Shown piece by piece: positions 27,584 to 38,869 of a DNA stretch of 64,000 bases. This DNA is from Candidatus Heimdallarchaeota archaeon (GTDB lineage: Archaea > Asgardarchaeota > Heimdallarchaeia > Heimdallarchaeales > Heimdallarchaeaceae): the NCBI GenBank assembly GCA_019057815.1, contig JAHLWR010000005.1:32001-96000 (forward strand), given 5' to 3'. The position numbers and the translations under genes are program-made. Positions within the stretch are counted from its first letter, which is position 1; each line of letters opens with the position of its first letter. The notes under the pieces are model-generated. The model was not told where the DNA came from, did not search any database, and saw only the letters and a program-made list of their open reading frames with translations.

Positions 27584-27912
27584 AGGTGTTACAAAAAAAA
27601 GTAGTCATAACGTATTATTTTTGTATTGTTCATGTACATGATATAGTGTTTAAGAGCGCAATATGTTTATAATCAGCAATATCAACATTGAGTAAGATTT
27701 TAACAATAAGTAAATGTTTTTTATTAGTAATCACCTTACTTGAAGTTACTATGAACAGATTATTATTTATATCACAGTCAAGTATTTTCTTTGCATTCTT
27801 GTTCACAACAAACATTACTAAGAAATATAACACATAATATTAGTCACTAAAAAGTATCATCATTTTTTATCATTGTAAAATAATCACAATGAGATATTTT
27901 TTGTGGAGTGAT

Positions 27913-28902
27913 TTAGCTAGGTCTAGAAACATTTCCTTGATGCTTTTGAAATTTAATTGATGTTATTAACACTGCCAAGACGATCATTTCAGCTCCTATT
28001 GCTGTCCACATCTCTGGGATAGTTGAGAATATAATCCACTCCAGCAGAAAGGCAATAACTACTTCAAGTAACATGAAGACACTACTTTCGCCTTCTTTTG
28101 CTTTCTTTAGACCTTCCATATAAAGTGCAAACGCAACTACAGTGCACACAATAGCTAAATACACTACAGCACCAATTGACTTCCATGTGAATCCTGCGAC
28201 AATTGTGTTCCATGATTTATTTATTAGTACAAATGGTGTTATTAACACCAAGAATACTGCGGACCACACTGTTGTTCCAAAGAACACAGTCATTCCTGTT
28301 AGTTCTTCATTTTTTTCTAGATGTTTCTTGGAAATAATTATGTATACGGTCCAAAGCACCCCCGAACACAGGGTTAACAAATTCCCCTTTATTGAATCAA
28401 CTGTGATTTCTTTAAAATTCATATTAGTTGTAACAAAAAATGCACCTAAAAGTCCAAGCATTGCGCTAGCAATCACTTTTATTGTATGTTTTTCCTTTAG
28501 GAAATAGGGTGCCAATAGTGGTACTAAAACAACATAAAAGTTTACAAACAATGATGCGTTTCATGCTGTTGTATACTGTTGTCCTAAGAATTGAAAGAGG
28601 AAAGATAAAGCGTTACAGAAGCCTATCAATATTATTACTCGTGATGTTATAAGCTTTTTAAGCCTCTTTATTTTCATTATTGCAAAAGGCAAGAAAAGCA
28701 ACGTTGCTAGACCAAACCTAAGAGAAGCAAAAACTATAGAGTCAATACCTTCTTCGAGTCCCCATCTAATAGCCACAAATGAACTCCCCCATAGGACTGC
28801 AGCAATTGCTACCAAAGAATTTCCTGGGAGAGAAAGTAGTTTCACAATGTATTTCCTAAAAGAATTTCTATTGAAAAACATTTCTTTGTCAGAAAAAACC
28901 AT
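27913..28902 (-). pseudogene. EamA/DMT transporter interrupted by one in-frame TGA (28561..28563)
   Basis: Both ORF-track halves are in the same frame: ..GQQYTTA*NASLFVNFYVV..; joined they give a complete two-repeat EamA protein. Confidence 0.75.
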
Positions 28903-28993
28903 TCTTCCTACTTTTTAGCTATAAATACATTATTAGGTTTTGGTAACTTTTTTCTATTAGGTTTATATATCAATCTCTCTTTGTATTAGTAGA

Positions 28994-29941
28994 ATGACCC
29001 GTGAATCTGTCCTTCTCTTGCTTTTAAAGTACATGGGATACATAAATGGTCGTGTTATGTTCCAAAAACTGCTGTTTCTTTTGGAAAAAAACTATCATAT
29101 AATTACGGGTTATAATTTTGTTCCTTTTAAATATGGTCCATATTGTCAAGCAATCCAAAAGGATTTACACCATTTGAATGATTATGGTTATATTGACCAT
29201 GAAGAACTCACTAAGAATGATAATGAAATTCTTCATCGTTATCAGTTGACGGAAATTGGTGAACAGCAACTATTGGAAAATGAAGTTCCTCACATCTATG
29301 ACCAAGTTGTTCAAGACTTATGTTATGATTTCAAGAATTACAGTGTAAGACAATTAGTTGAATATGTTTATGAAAACTATCCGGAGTATACAGTACACTC
29401 AGAAATTATCGAACAATTTAAACCAAAACCAAAACAAGAAGAATTTACCTCAGCTGATATGCTTCTTGATCGTAAACCAATAATTGTACCCTCTTTTGTT
29501 AATTGGTTAGATGAAGAGATCAACAAAGCCACAAAAAGATTGGGAATTTCCAATGAACCTCTAGAAAAGAAAGTAGATGACCTTGAAGTTGATGATTTGA
29601 TAATTGAAATGCTTTATATTGCATACGAAGACATAATGGCTAAAACACAAGAAGTTTCCACACAGCTCATGGTAGAAAATTATAGTGAAGCTGGTGAAAT
29701 AAATAACAAGTGTTATTTCATTATGGACATTCTGGATAAACTTCTTGGTTCGCTTCAAGAAGGTGATGTAATTGGGGTATACACAGAATTTGCCAATACT
29801 CGAACAAATCTTCAAATGCTTGATGAGCTTATAGCCCTACATAAATCTTCTCTACGTTCTGACCTTGTACGATTACTTTTCGAATTCATAGAAGATGTCA
29901 ACTATCTATTGGATAGTATCGACCACATTGTGTATCTTTAG
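28994..29941 (+). CDS. DUF4065/SocA/Panacea (YwgA)-like N-terminal domain plus acidic helical C-terminal domain
   Basis: GRVMFQKLLFL, YNFVPFKYGPY, YQLTEIG, LVEYVYENYPEY. Confidence 0.7.
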   Translation: MTRESVLLLLLKYMGYINGRVMFQKLLFLLEKNYHIITGYNFVPFKYGPYCQAIQKDLHHLNDYGYIDHEELTKNDNEILHRYQLTEIGEQQLLENEVPHIYDQVVQDLCYDFKNYSVRQLVEYVYENYPEYTVHSEIIEQFKPKPKQEEFTSADMLLDRKPIIVPSFVNWLDEEINKATKRLGISNEPLEKKVDDLEVDDLIIEMLYIAYEDIMAKTQEVSTQLMVENYSEAGEINNKCYFIMDILDKLLGSLQEGDVIGVYTEFANTRTNLQMLDELIALHKSSLRSDLVRLLFEFIEDVNYLLDSIDHIVYL

Positions 29942-30005
29942 AAGTTTCACCTCTCTTTTAACCGCTATTTTTCGAAAAAAAGAAGAAAAATAGGAGAGAA
30001 TTATT

Positions 30006-32720
30006 TTATTCATTTTCCTTTTTTATTGTTGCTTGTGCAGCAGCTAACCTAGCAACAGGAACTCTATATGGAGAACAACTAACATAATCTAAGCCAATTC
30101 GATAACAAAAATCTATAGATTTTAGTTCACCACCTTGTTCTCCGCATATACCTATCTCAAGATTGGGATTGGCTTGTTTTCCTTCATCTACGCACATCTT
30201 CATTAGACGACCGACTCCTGGTTGATCTATTGTCACGAAAGGATCATCAGCAATTATGTCCAGTTCCAAGTATCGTGCTATGAGTGATCCAGTATCATCT
30301 CTACTGAAACCTAGTGCCATTTGATGTAAATCATTTGTTCCAAAAGAGAAGAATTGCGCTCCATTTTCACCGCCCGCTATCTCTCCAGCAGTTAAAGCGG
30401 CACGAGGAACTTCAATCATTGTTCCAACAAGGTAGTCAAATTCTATATCTTCTTCTTCCATTACTTGTTTTGCAACCTTATCTACTATTTCCTTTTGATG
30501 TTGAAATTCTTTTGAAAAGCCAATAAGTGGTACCATAATTTCTGGCATTACGTCTTTTCCTTTTTTCTTTACTTTTGCAGCAGCACGAAATATTGCCTCG
30601 CTTTGCATTACAGTTACCATCTGAAGAGTGATTCCCAATCTACAGCCACGAAGTCCAAGCATTGGATTTTGCTCATGCATTGATTTTACAACTTCAAGGA
30701 GTTCGTATTTGTCCTTCAACATATCTTCGCTCTTGCCTTCTAAACGTTCTTCATATATTTCAGTTATGAGTTCTTCAATACTTGGTAGAAATTCATGTAA
30801 CGGAGGATCTATGAGACGAATAATAACAGGTTTTCCTTCTGCGACTTCAAATAAACCTTCAAAATCTGCTTGTTGTAGGGGTTCAAGTTTGTCTACTGCT
30901 TCTTGTCGTTCTTTCTCTGTTTTAGCTAAAATCATATCTCTAACTAGAGGGATATTATCGAAAAACATATGCTCTGTCCTACAAAGACCTATTCCCTCTG
31001 CTCCAAAATCAAGCGCTTTTCTGAATTGATCAGGTTTATCGGCATTTGCTTTTACGCTAATTTTTGCTATGTTATCACACCATTCAAGTATCTTTGTCAT
31101 ACCTTCTGGCAAAGAAGCTGGTGTTGTAGGTAATTTTCCTTTATATACAAATCCATCAGTACCATCTATTGTAATCCATTCACCTTCTCTGATTATCATA
31201 CCTTTACCATGTAATTCTGTTTTTTCAATATCAATGAAAATACCGCCTCGTTCACTTCCCACTATACATGCTTTACCTATTTGACGAGCAACAATAGCTG
31301 CGTGAGATGTTAAACCACCTTTCATTGTGAGTATTCCTTGACTTGCTGCCATGCCATGAAAATCTTCAGGTGTTGTTTCAACACGAACAAGAATGACATC
31401 ATCACCACGATCAGTGGCGTCTTTAGCTCTATCAGCATCAAAATAAGCTTTACCGCTTGCAGCAGCAGCTCCAGCAGCTAGTCCTGAACCAATAACACTG
31501 GATTCCATTTCATGTTTAATTTGTTGAATAGGTGCATTTGGGTTAATTTCAGGCCAATTTACTGAAGGAAATAAACAATTATCTACATCACTTGGTTGGA
31601 TGCGCATTATTGCTTCTTCTTTACTTATTACCCCCTCTATTACAAGATCATAAGCAATTTTTCCTGCTGCAACACCTGTTCTTTTACCATTTCGAGTTTG
31701 GAGAATATACATTTTTCCTTGTTGAATTGTAAATTCCATATCTTGCATGTCATGGTATAGTTTCTCCAGTGTTTCAGATACCTCAAAAAGTTGATTATAA
31801 ACCTCGGGCATAATCTTTGTCAATTCTTCAATGGGTTGAGGAGTACGAATCCCTGCAACTACATCTTCTCCTTGAGCATTAATGAGATATTCACCATATA
31901 ACGTTCTATCACCATTTGAGGGGTTACGAGTAAAAGCTACACCAGTTGCTGAGTCATTACCCATATTACCATAAACCATTGTTTGAATATTTACTGCTGT
32001 TCCCAAATCATGGGGTATTCCTTGATGGTTTCTATAATCTATTGCACGTTTGGTATTCCAACTACGAAACACTGCGCGAATAGATTTATTCAATTGCTCT
32101 TTTGGGTTTTGAGGGAAGGATTCACCTAATTTTTCTTTATATAGATTCTTATTAATCTCAACAAGTTTCTTTAATCCTTCAGTAGGAATATCGGTATCAG
32201 ATTCAACACCATATTCTTTCTTCATTTTTTCAAGTTCTATTTCAAAATGGCGTTTAGAAAGACCCATAACGACATCTCCGTACATATAAATTAGTCTACG
32301 GTAGCTGTCATAGGCGAATCTTTCATTATTAGTTTCTTTCGCTAATCCTTCGACTGAAATATCATTCAACCCTAAATTAAGGATTGTATCCATCATCCCT
32401 GGCATAGAAATCGCTGCTCCAGACCTAACAGAAACAAGTAAGGGATCATTGTCACCACCTAATTTTTTTCCATTGGTTTCTTCCAATGCTGCTAGAGCTT
32501 TGTCTATTTGTTCAGATAGTCCTTCGGGATATTCTTCATTATTTTCTAAAAAGTGCAAACATGCACTTGTGGAAATGATAAAACCTGGAGGAATGGGAAG
32601 ACCCAGAGAAGTCATTTGAGTAAGATTAGCGCCTTTTCCACCCAAGAGTTTCTTCATTTCAGCGTTTCCTTCACAATTTTCTTGACTGAAAAATTTATAG
32701 ACATACTTATTATTTATCAT
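30006..32720 (-). CDS. ppdK: Pyruvate, phosphate dikinase
   Basis: LGGKGANL, SVRSGA..SMPGMMDT, GEDVVAGIRTP, GGLTSHAA (phospho-His), GIGLCRTEHMF, FSFGTNDL, GICGE. Confidence 0.98.
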   Translation of the reverse strand: MINNKYVYKFFSQENCEGNAEMKKLLGGKGANLTQMTSLGLPIPPGFIISTSACLHFLENNEEYPEGLSEQIDKALAALEETNGKKLGGDNDPLLVSVRSGAAISMPGMMDTILNLGLNDISVEGLAKETNNERFAYDSYRRLIYMYGDVVMGLSKRHFEIELEKMKKEYGVESDTDIPTEGLKKLVEINKNLYKEKLGESFPQNPKEQLNKSIRAVFRSWNTKRAIDYRNHQGIPHDLGTAVNIQTMVYGNMGNDSATGVAFTRNPSNGDRTLYGEYLINAQGEDVVAGIRTPQPIEELTKIMPEVYNQLFEVSETLEKLYHDMQDMEFTIQQGKMYILQTRNGKRTGVAAGKIAYDLVIEGVISKEEAIMRIQPSDVDNCLFPSVNWPEINPNAPIQQIKHEMESSVIGSGLAAGAAAASGKAYFDADRAKDATDRGDDVILVRVETTPEDFHGMAASQGILTMKGGLTSHAAIVARQIGKACIVGSERGGIFIDIEKTELHGKGMIIREGEWITIDGTDGFVYKGKLPTTPASLPEGMTKILEWCDNIAKISVKANADKPDQFRKALDFGAEGIGLCRTEHMFFDNIPLVRDMILAKTEKERQEAVDKLEPLQQADFEGLFEVAEGKPVIIRLIDPPLHEFLPSIEELITEIYEERLEGKSEDMLKDKYELLEVVKSMHEQNPMLGLRGCRLGITLQMVTVMQSEAIFRAAAKVKKKGKDVMPEIMVPLIGFSKEFQHQKEIVDKVAKQVMEEEDIEFDYLVGTMIEVPRAALTAGEIAGGENGAQFFSFGTNDLHQMALGFSRDDTGSLIARYLELDIIADDPFVTIDQPGVGRLMKMCVDEGKQANPNLEIGICGEQGGELKSIDFCYRIGLDYVSCSPYRVPVARLAAAQATIKKENE

Positions 32721-32938
32721 ATAAGCACCAGTATATTTCAATACTTATCTTAATTTAAGTTAAGCAAATGTCCTAGTCTAGTTTTTTAACATTATGATAG
32801 CGTGGTAATTTTCAGAAAGACTAGTTACGCTACTTTCATACTTAAAACTGCCTAATAGTATTTGAAACATTGTTTTTTACAAAAAAAGGAATTCTTTCCA
32901 AAGATAAAGTTTAACAAAAACATCTGTTTTTATTTCTT

Positions 32939-33751
32939 ATGAAACAAAAACTTATTTTGCTGACGAACGACGATGGAATATTTTCTTTAGGCTTACATTC
33001 TTTGCATAAAGAGCTAAGTAATTTTGGAAAAGTTTTTTGTGTTGCACCTGGAAACCCAAGTTCTGCTATATCAAAAGCACTTACTTTCCACAAACCAATT
33101 CGTTTCTCAACCCATACATTTGAAGACGGAACGACAGCTTACAGCACCACAGGTGCTCCAGCAGACAATGTTCTACTTAGTTTTCATCTTCTGAAAGGGA
33201 AACCAGACATAGTTGTGTCTGGCATAAACTATGGGGATAATTCATCTATACATTCTATACTCACTAGCGGTACATGTGCTGCTGCCTTTGAAAGCGCTTT
33301 TAATGGTGTACCAGCTATCGCTTTTTCAGTAGATGTTGAGCACGATGTTCAATTAATTGAACAAAAAGGCATTAGTTTTGACTATATTGCTATGATTTCA
33401 AGTAAAATAGTAAAGTTCACACTCGAAAAAGAATGGCCAAAAGATCTAGCATTTCTCAATATTAATTTTCCAACAAATGTTACAGAGCATACAAAAATCT
33501 ATGTCACTTCTCCAACTTTGTATAAATATGATAATTATATGATTGAAAAAGACGATCCAAGAGGATTACCTTATCTTTGGTTATGGGGAGAGATGAAAAA
33601 AACGTTTCCTGAAGGAACAGACACATGGGCGGTCAAACACAAAAATGGGATATCTATCACACCAATAGGTCTCAATCTTCATGAGAAGACAGACCAATCT
33701 TTGAATCTATCACGTTTTATCCAGGAACAAGTTAAGGATATCCTTATCTGA
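32939..33751 (+). CDS. surE: 5'/3'-nucleotidase SurE
   Basis: ILLTNDDG, G.PAD, VVSGINYG.N, SGT. Confidence 0.95.
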   Translation: MKQKLILLTNDDGIFSLGLHSLHKELSNFGKVFCVAPGNPSSAISKALTFHKPIRFSTHTFEDGTTAYSTTGAPADNVLLSFHLLKGKPDIVVSGINYGDNSSIHSILTSGTCAAAFESAFNGVPAIAFSVDVEHDVQLIEQKGISFDYIAMISSKIVKFTLEKEWPKDLAFLNINFPTNVTEHTKIYVTSPTLYKYDNYMIEKDDPRGLPYLWLWGEMKKTFPEGTDTWAVKHKNGISITPIGLNLHEKTDQSLNLSRFIQEQVKDILI

Positions 33752-33906
33752 ACTCTTAATTTTTCAACGCCCTTATATATTAATTACATACTATTATAAT
33801 TGCTAATTAAACAAGCGAGTTTAGCGCCTTAATTATCAGTACTAAAAGAACCCCACTGACTATCCCTAGGTATGTTTAGAATTAGTATAATCTCTCAAAA
33901 CAATAG

Positions 33907-35364
33907 TTGATACAACATTTCTTCAGTAGTAGAGAATGTGTGGTGAATGGTTTGTCACGGCTTGAATCCAGAGAATACCAGAACGTTATAGTAAATAGAA
34001 TCAAGGAACTTGCTTCAAAAAATAATAGTGTTGTTTTGGAACTTGATTGTGGAATGGGTAAACGAGTGCTTTCATATCGTTTAGTCACAGAGGTTTTTGG
34101 TGACAAGAAAATTGTTTTTTTCCTTCAGACTCATTCGTCACTCCAAGAAACCGTGTATTACCTAACTAATGAATACGGTGGTGTTAATGGATTAAATGTA
34201 ATAAAAAGTGGTTTGGATAAGAATTATCGTAAATATTTGCTAGAGAACAACCGTGTTATTTTAACTCTTCCCACAGTTTTTCTGAATACGATAAGGGCAT
34301 TTCCAGAACTTGCTGGAATGTTTGAAATTGCAATTATTAATGAAGTCGATGAAATCATCCGTCGTTTCACACACCGCAATGTTCTATGTGTTCCTTGGAA
34401 TAGGTTAATCCCATCATTAACAAATGCTATGTTCATAGGAATGAGCGGTACTTTGCGAGATGATCACTTGGTTCTTGATGAGAGTCAGCTTCAACTTAGA
34501 AAGGAACTAAGTACTATTAGGGAATTCATTCCTAATAGCGCTCTTATCACCATTGAAGAATTTATAGACACAGATTTGAGAGACTACATCAAATACTCAG
34601 AAGTGCACATATTACCAGTAAAAGACTCGAGAACAGCAGAGATAATATTGAAACTTACAGCACTAATTGATAAAACTAAGGAAGAAATAATGCATACAGT
34701 GAGGGAATTTTCACCACAAGATTTTCAAAAACTCCAGCAAAATTTCTTTCAACAGCTACCATTCTTACCAATTGAAACTGAATTGGTAGAAAAATTTAAT
34801 CGACTTCTTCTTTTAAGAAAGTATGTTTATTCTATGCCAGCTAATACTTATCGCAATTACTTGATGCGATATGGTTTTGAGAAGAATGAGCTTCAAGAAC
34901 TCCCACCAATTAGTGGAAAAGAAATAATAGTTATAAAAATGGCCAAAAAGCACAATAAAACAGCGGTTTTGTGTTCTTTTCTATCAACTGTAAATTCTCT
35001 TACAAAACAATTAGAAAAGGAAAATATAAGGACATTTCAAGTTACAGGCAAAATTAAGAATAAAAATACAATTATTAATAATTTTAAGGAATCACAAGAG
35101 CAATCAGCTCTAATTCTCTCACCAGTTGGTGAAAGAGATATTGATATCCCTCAAACCGATTTACTTATTGTATATGATTTAGTAAATTCACCGAAAACAG
35201 TTTACCAGAAAATGAAACGAAGCCGTGGTGGGAAAGTAGCATTGCTATTTTATGAGAATACACCAGAACGGGGTAAGGTTAAACAAGTAGTAAGCGAAAT
35301 TGCTGTACGTTACCCGTGGTCTCTTATTTTCACAAATAACAATGAATCAGCGAGGAAGATATAA
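33907..35364 (+). CDS. SF2 helicase-like protein (Hef/FANCM-like core) with degenerate motifs
   Basis: REYQ Q-motif, LDCGMGKR, IINEVD, GMSGT, VGERDIDIP..LIVYD, YQKMKRSRGG. True start probably near 33943-33952. Confidence 0.75.
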   Translation: MIQHFFSSRECVVNGLSRLESREYQNVIVNRIKELASKNNSVVLELDCGMGKRVLSYRLVTEVFGDKKIVFFLQTHSSLQETVYYLTNEYGGVNGLNVIKSGLDKNYRKYLLENNRVILTLPTVFLNTIRAFPELAGMFEIAIINEVDEIIRRFTHRNVLCVPWNRLIPSLTNAMFIGMSGTLRDDHLVLDESQLQLRKELSTIREFIPNSALITIEEFIDTDLRDYIKYSEVHILPVKDSRTAEIILKLTALIDKTKEEIMHTVREFSPQDFQKLQQNFFQQLPFLPIETELVEKFNRLLLLRKYVYSMPANTYRNYLMRYGFEKNELQELPPISGKEIIVIKMAKKHNKTAVLCSFLSTVNSLTKQLEKENIRTFQVTGKIKNKNTIINNFKESQEQSALILSPVGERDIDIPQTDLLIVYDLVNSPKTVYQKMKRSRGGKVALLFYENTPERGKVKQVVSEIAVRYPWSLIFTNNNESARKI

Positions 35365-35460
35365 ATAACAGAGATACTCTTGATTCATAATCTTTTTAAT
35401 GTGTTAAAAACCCCTCCTCCCGAAGATATGTTCATTTTTGTCCTTATAAGGTGTTTTTAA

Positions 35461-38400
35461 ATGGGAAAGAAAATAAAGAAGGTTAATACCAATAAACGTT
35501 GGGTTCTTATGAACTCAATGTTTGATGAACTAGGCTTAGTTCGCCAACATCTAGATTCTTTTAATGATTTCATTGAAAAAGGATTACAGTCCGTTATTAG
35601 TGAAATAAAAGCAATTGAACCTGAAGACTCGGAGTTTTATGTTGAATTAGAAAAAATAGAAGTAGAAGAGCCAACAGTCCGTGAAGCAGATGGTTCTCAG
35701 AGTCCAATTTATCCAATGGAAGCAAGAATACGCAATCTAACTTATGCTTCACGCTTGTTTTTACACATGAAGCCTATTCATAAAGACCCTTTGACAGGTC
35801 TTGAAACACCAAGAGAATCAACTAGTGTTTTTATTGGTTATTTACCAATCATGTTAAAATCAAAAAAATGTGCGCTCTACAATTTATCCGACGAATCCTT
35901 GATTAAGCTAGGAGAGGATCCCAAAGATCCTGGTGGTTATTTCATCATTAATGGCAGTGAAAGAGTTATAGTTACACAAGAAGATTTAGCCCCAAATCGC
36001 ATTCTTATTGAAAAACTTACAAGTAAGGGGAACGTAACCAGTGAAGGTAAAGTTTTCAGTGTAATTCATGGTTTTCGTGCTCCTGTTAGCGTAGAACATA
36101 CTTCAGATGGTCAATTACGTGTTAGTTTTCCAAGTATGCCTAGAAAAATCTCCTTAATTCTTTTAATGAGAGCATTAGGTATAGAGAGAGACGACATGAT
36201 TGCGATGATTATTAGCCCAACTCCTAAACTACGATCGCGTGTTATGTCTATCCTCATGAGAGAATCTTCTGAGATAGTCTCAACAGAAGAATCATTGGAT
36301 TATATTGGAAAACGTGTAGCTGTAGGACAGACCAAAGAATATCGTATTAACCGAGCTATGCAAGTTTTGGATAAATATTTACTCCCCCATTTAGGGAATG
36401 ATGAAGATTCCAGAGTGAAAAAAGCCTTTTTCCTAGCTAGAATGGCTCAACGTTTATTAGAATTAGAAAGTGGTATCCGAACAGAAGACGATAAAGATCA
36501 TTATGCAAATAAAAGATTGAAATTGGCAGGAGACCTTCTGTTAATGCTTTATCGTGTAGCGTTTCATGCACTATGTAGAGACATTAAATACCAATTAGAA
36601 AGAGTTACAGTAAGAGGCAGAAAACCCAATCTTAAAACAGCCGTTAGAGCGGATCTTATTACAGAACGATTAAGGCATGCTCTGGCTACCGGTAATTGGA
36701 CAGGAGGTAAATCTGGTGTTAGTCAACTACTAGATAGAACTAATTACATATCTGCACTCAGTCACCTTCGAAGAGTTGTTAGTCCATTAAGTAGAAGCCA
36801 ACCACACTTTGAGGCTAGAGATCTTCATCCAACACATTTTGGCAAGATATGTCCAAATGAGACACCTGAAGGACCCAACTGTGGTCTTGTGAAAAATCTG
36901 GCTTTACAAGCCTATATTAGCGTTGGTATAGATTCTCAAGAAGTTGAGAGGAAATTAGTTGAGGATTTAGGTCTTAATAGAGTTGTACCTAAAGATGTTA
37001 CAATACCTAGTTCGGAAGTTGCAAAGCTTATTACTAATCCAAATTACTATAAAATTTTCATTAACGGAAGCTTCTTAGGAGTAATAAAAGACGGTATTGA
37101 ATTTCGAAAAAAAATCATTGATGAACGAAGAAAAGGTAATTTCCATCATGAAGTAAATGTAGCATACTATGAAGATACAAAAGAACTAATGGTCAATTGT
37201 GACGCGGGAAGAGTGCGTCGTCCTCTATTAATTGTTGAAAATAGTTCGCCGCATTTAACTAAAGAGATGTATAGCTGGATTAAAAGCGGAAAATGGGAAT
37301 GGAGCGATTTACTCAGAAATCAAGTTGTTGAATATGTGGATGCGGAAGAAGAAGAAAACTTATACATAGCTATTTCTGAAGATGATTTAAATCCTGACAT
37401 ATCACACATGGAAATAGCACCAAGTACAATTTTAGGAATATGTGCATCTCTTATCCCCTATCCAGAACACAATCGTTCTGATCGTAATGTATATGAAGCA
37501 GGGATGGCAAAACAAGCTTTAGGACTATTTTCAGCTAACTACATGCACCGTTTAGATACAAGAGCACATATACTTCATTATCCCCAAAAACCGCTTGTTA
37601 AAACACACGGGATGGATGCGATACATTTCCAACAACGACCTGCTGGTCAAAATTTTGTTGTAGCTCTTCTATCTTATGAAGGATACAATATGGAAGATGC
37701 TATCTTAATAAATAAAGCTGCTATTGAAAGAGGATTGGGTAGAAGTACGTTCTTTAGAACATATGACGCTGAAGAGAGGAAATATCCTAATGGACAAGAA
37801 GATACTTTTGAAATTCCTGATGAAACAGTAAGGGGCTACAAAGATGAATCTGCGTATGTTCATTTAGGTGAAGATGGTATAATTGAACCTGAGATAGGAG
37901 TCGATGGTACAAAAGGTGAAGTTTTAATCGGAAGAACAAGCCCTCCAAGATTTTTAGAGGAATATACAGAATTTGACGTCCCCCCTCAAAACAGAAGAGA
38001 AACAAGCAAAGCAATGAGACATGGGGAAATAGGCATCTCAGATTTAGTAGTTTTAACCGATACTAATGAAGGTAATAGATTGGTCAAGGTTAAAGTAAGA
38101 TCTGAAAGAATCCCTGAAATCGGGGATAAATTCGCTTCACGACACGGTCAAAAGGGTGTAATTGGTTTGATAATTCCTCAAGAAGATATGCCATTCACAG
38201 AATCGGGTATTGTTCCCGATATCATCGTCAACCCACATGCAGTCCCTAGCCGTATGACGGTAGGACACTTGATGGAATTATTAGGAGGGAAAGTAGCTTC
38301 TCAAAAAGGAGAAGCAATATATGGAACAGCCTTCAGCAATACTCCTCTTGATGAATTACATAATGCGTTAAAAGAATCAGGTGTTCATCCCTACGGTAGA

Positions 38401-38859
38401 GAAGTGATGTATGATGGTAAAACAGGTAATAAATTAGAGGGTACAATCTTTGTAGGTTGCCAGTTTTATCAAAAACTTCACCATTTAGTTTCTGATAAAA
38501 TACATGCACGCGCTAGAGGCCCCATCCAAATGCTCACTCGCCAACCAACAGAAGGGCGTGCAAGAGAAGGAGGTCTTCGTTTCGGAGAGATGGAACGAGA
38601 TTGCCTGATCGGTCACGGTACATCAATATTACTCAAGGAAAGGTTGCTAGACGAATCAGATAGAACAGAGGGGTTAATATGTTCTAAATGTGGCTTCTTG
38701 GCCATGTATGATAAAAATCGAGATAAATATCATTGTCCAATTTGTAAGGAAGAAACTACTGTTTCCAAAGTTATTATTAGCTATGCATTTAAATTGCTTT
38801 TACAAGAACTAATGAGTTTAGGCATAGCACCACATGTGGAACTTGAAGATATAGCATAA
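35461..38859 (+). CDS. rpoB: DNA-directed RNA polymerase subunit B (Rpo2), unsplit
   Basis: GGYFIINGSE, ETPEGPNCGLVK, GYNMEDA, GDKFASRHGQKG, RQPTEGRAREGGLRFGEMERD. Confidence 0.99.
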   Translation: MGKKIKKVNTNKRWVLMNSMFDELGLVRQHLDSFNDFIEKGLQSVISEIKAIEPEDSEFYVELEKIEVEEPTVREADGSQSPIYPMEARIRNLTYASRLFLHMKPIHKDPLTGLETPRESTSVFIGYLPIMLKSKKCALYNLSDESLIKLGEDPKDPGGYFIINGSERVIVTQEDLAPNRILIEKLTSKGNVTSEGKVFSVIHGFRAPVSVEHTSDGQLRVSFPSMPRKISLILLMRALGIERDDMIAMIISPTPKLRSRVMSILMRESSEIVSTEESLDYIGKRVAVGQTKEYRINRAMQVLDKYLLPHLGNDEDSRVKKAFFLARMAQRLLELESGIRTEDDKDHYANKRLKLAGDLLLMLYRVAFHALCRDIKYQLERVTVRGRKPNLKTAVRADLITERLRHALATGNWTGGKSGVSQLLDRTNYISALSHLRRVVSPLSRSQPHFEARDLHPTHFGKICPNETPEGPNCGLVKNLALQAYISVGIDSQEVERKLVEDLGLNRVVPKDVTIPSSEVAKLITNPNYYKIFINGSFLGVIKDGIEFRKKIIDERRKGNFHHEVNVAYYEDTKELMVNCDAGRVRRPLLIVENSSPHLTKEMYSWIKSGKWEWSDLLRNQVVEYVDAEEEENLYIAISEDDLNPDISHMEIAPSTILGICASLIPYPEHNRSDRNVYEAGMAKQALGLFSANYMHRLDTRAHILHYPQKPLVKTHGMDAIHFQQRPAGQNFVVALLSYEGYNMEDAILINKAAIERGLGRSTFFRTYDAEERKYPNGQEDTFEIPDETVRGYKDESAYVHLGEDGIIEPEIGVDGTKGEVLIGRTSPPRFLEEYTEFDVPPQNRRETSKAMRHGEIGISDLVVLTDTNEGNRLVKVKVRSERIPEIGDKFASRHGQKGVIGLIIPQEDMPFTESGIVPDIIVNPHAVPSRMTVGHLMELLGGKVASQKGEAIYGTAFSNTPLDELHNALKESGVHPYGREVMYDGKTGNKLEGTIFVGCQFYQKLHHLVSDKIHARARGPIQMLTRQPTEGRAREGGLRFGEMERDCLIGHGTSILLKERLLDESDRTEGLICSKCGFLAMYDKNRDKYHCPICKEETTVSKVIISYAFKLLLQELMSLGIAPHVELEDIA

Positions 38860-38869
38860 AATATCTCTT

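Noticed and set aside
27630-27833. 67-aa ORF, or a SECIS element downstream of the TGA-containing EamA
   Set aside because: Very AT-rich, no motif, and no stable stem with SECIS core that I could identify.
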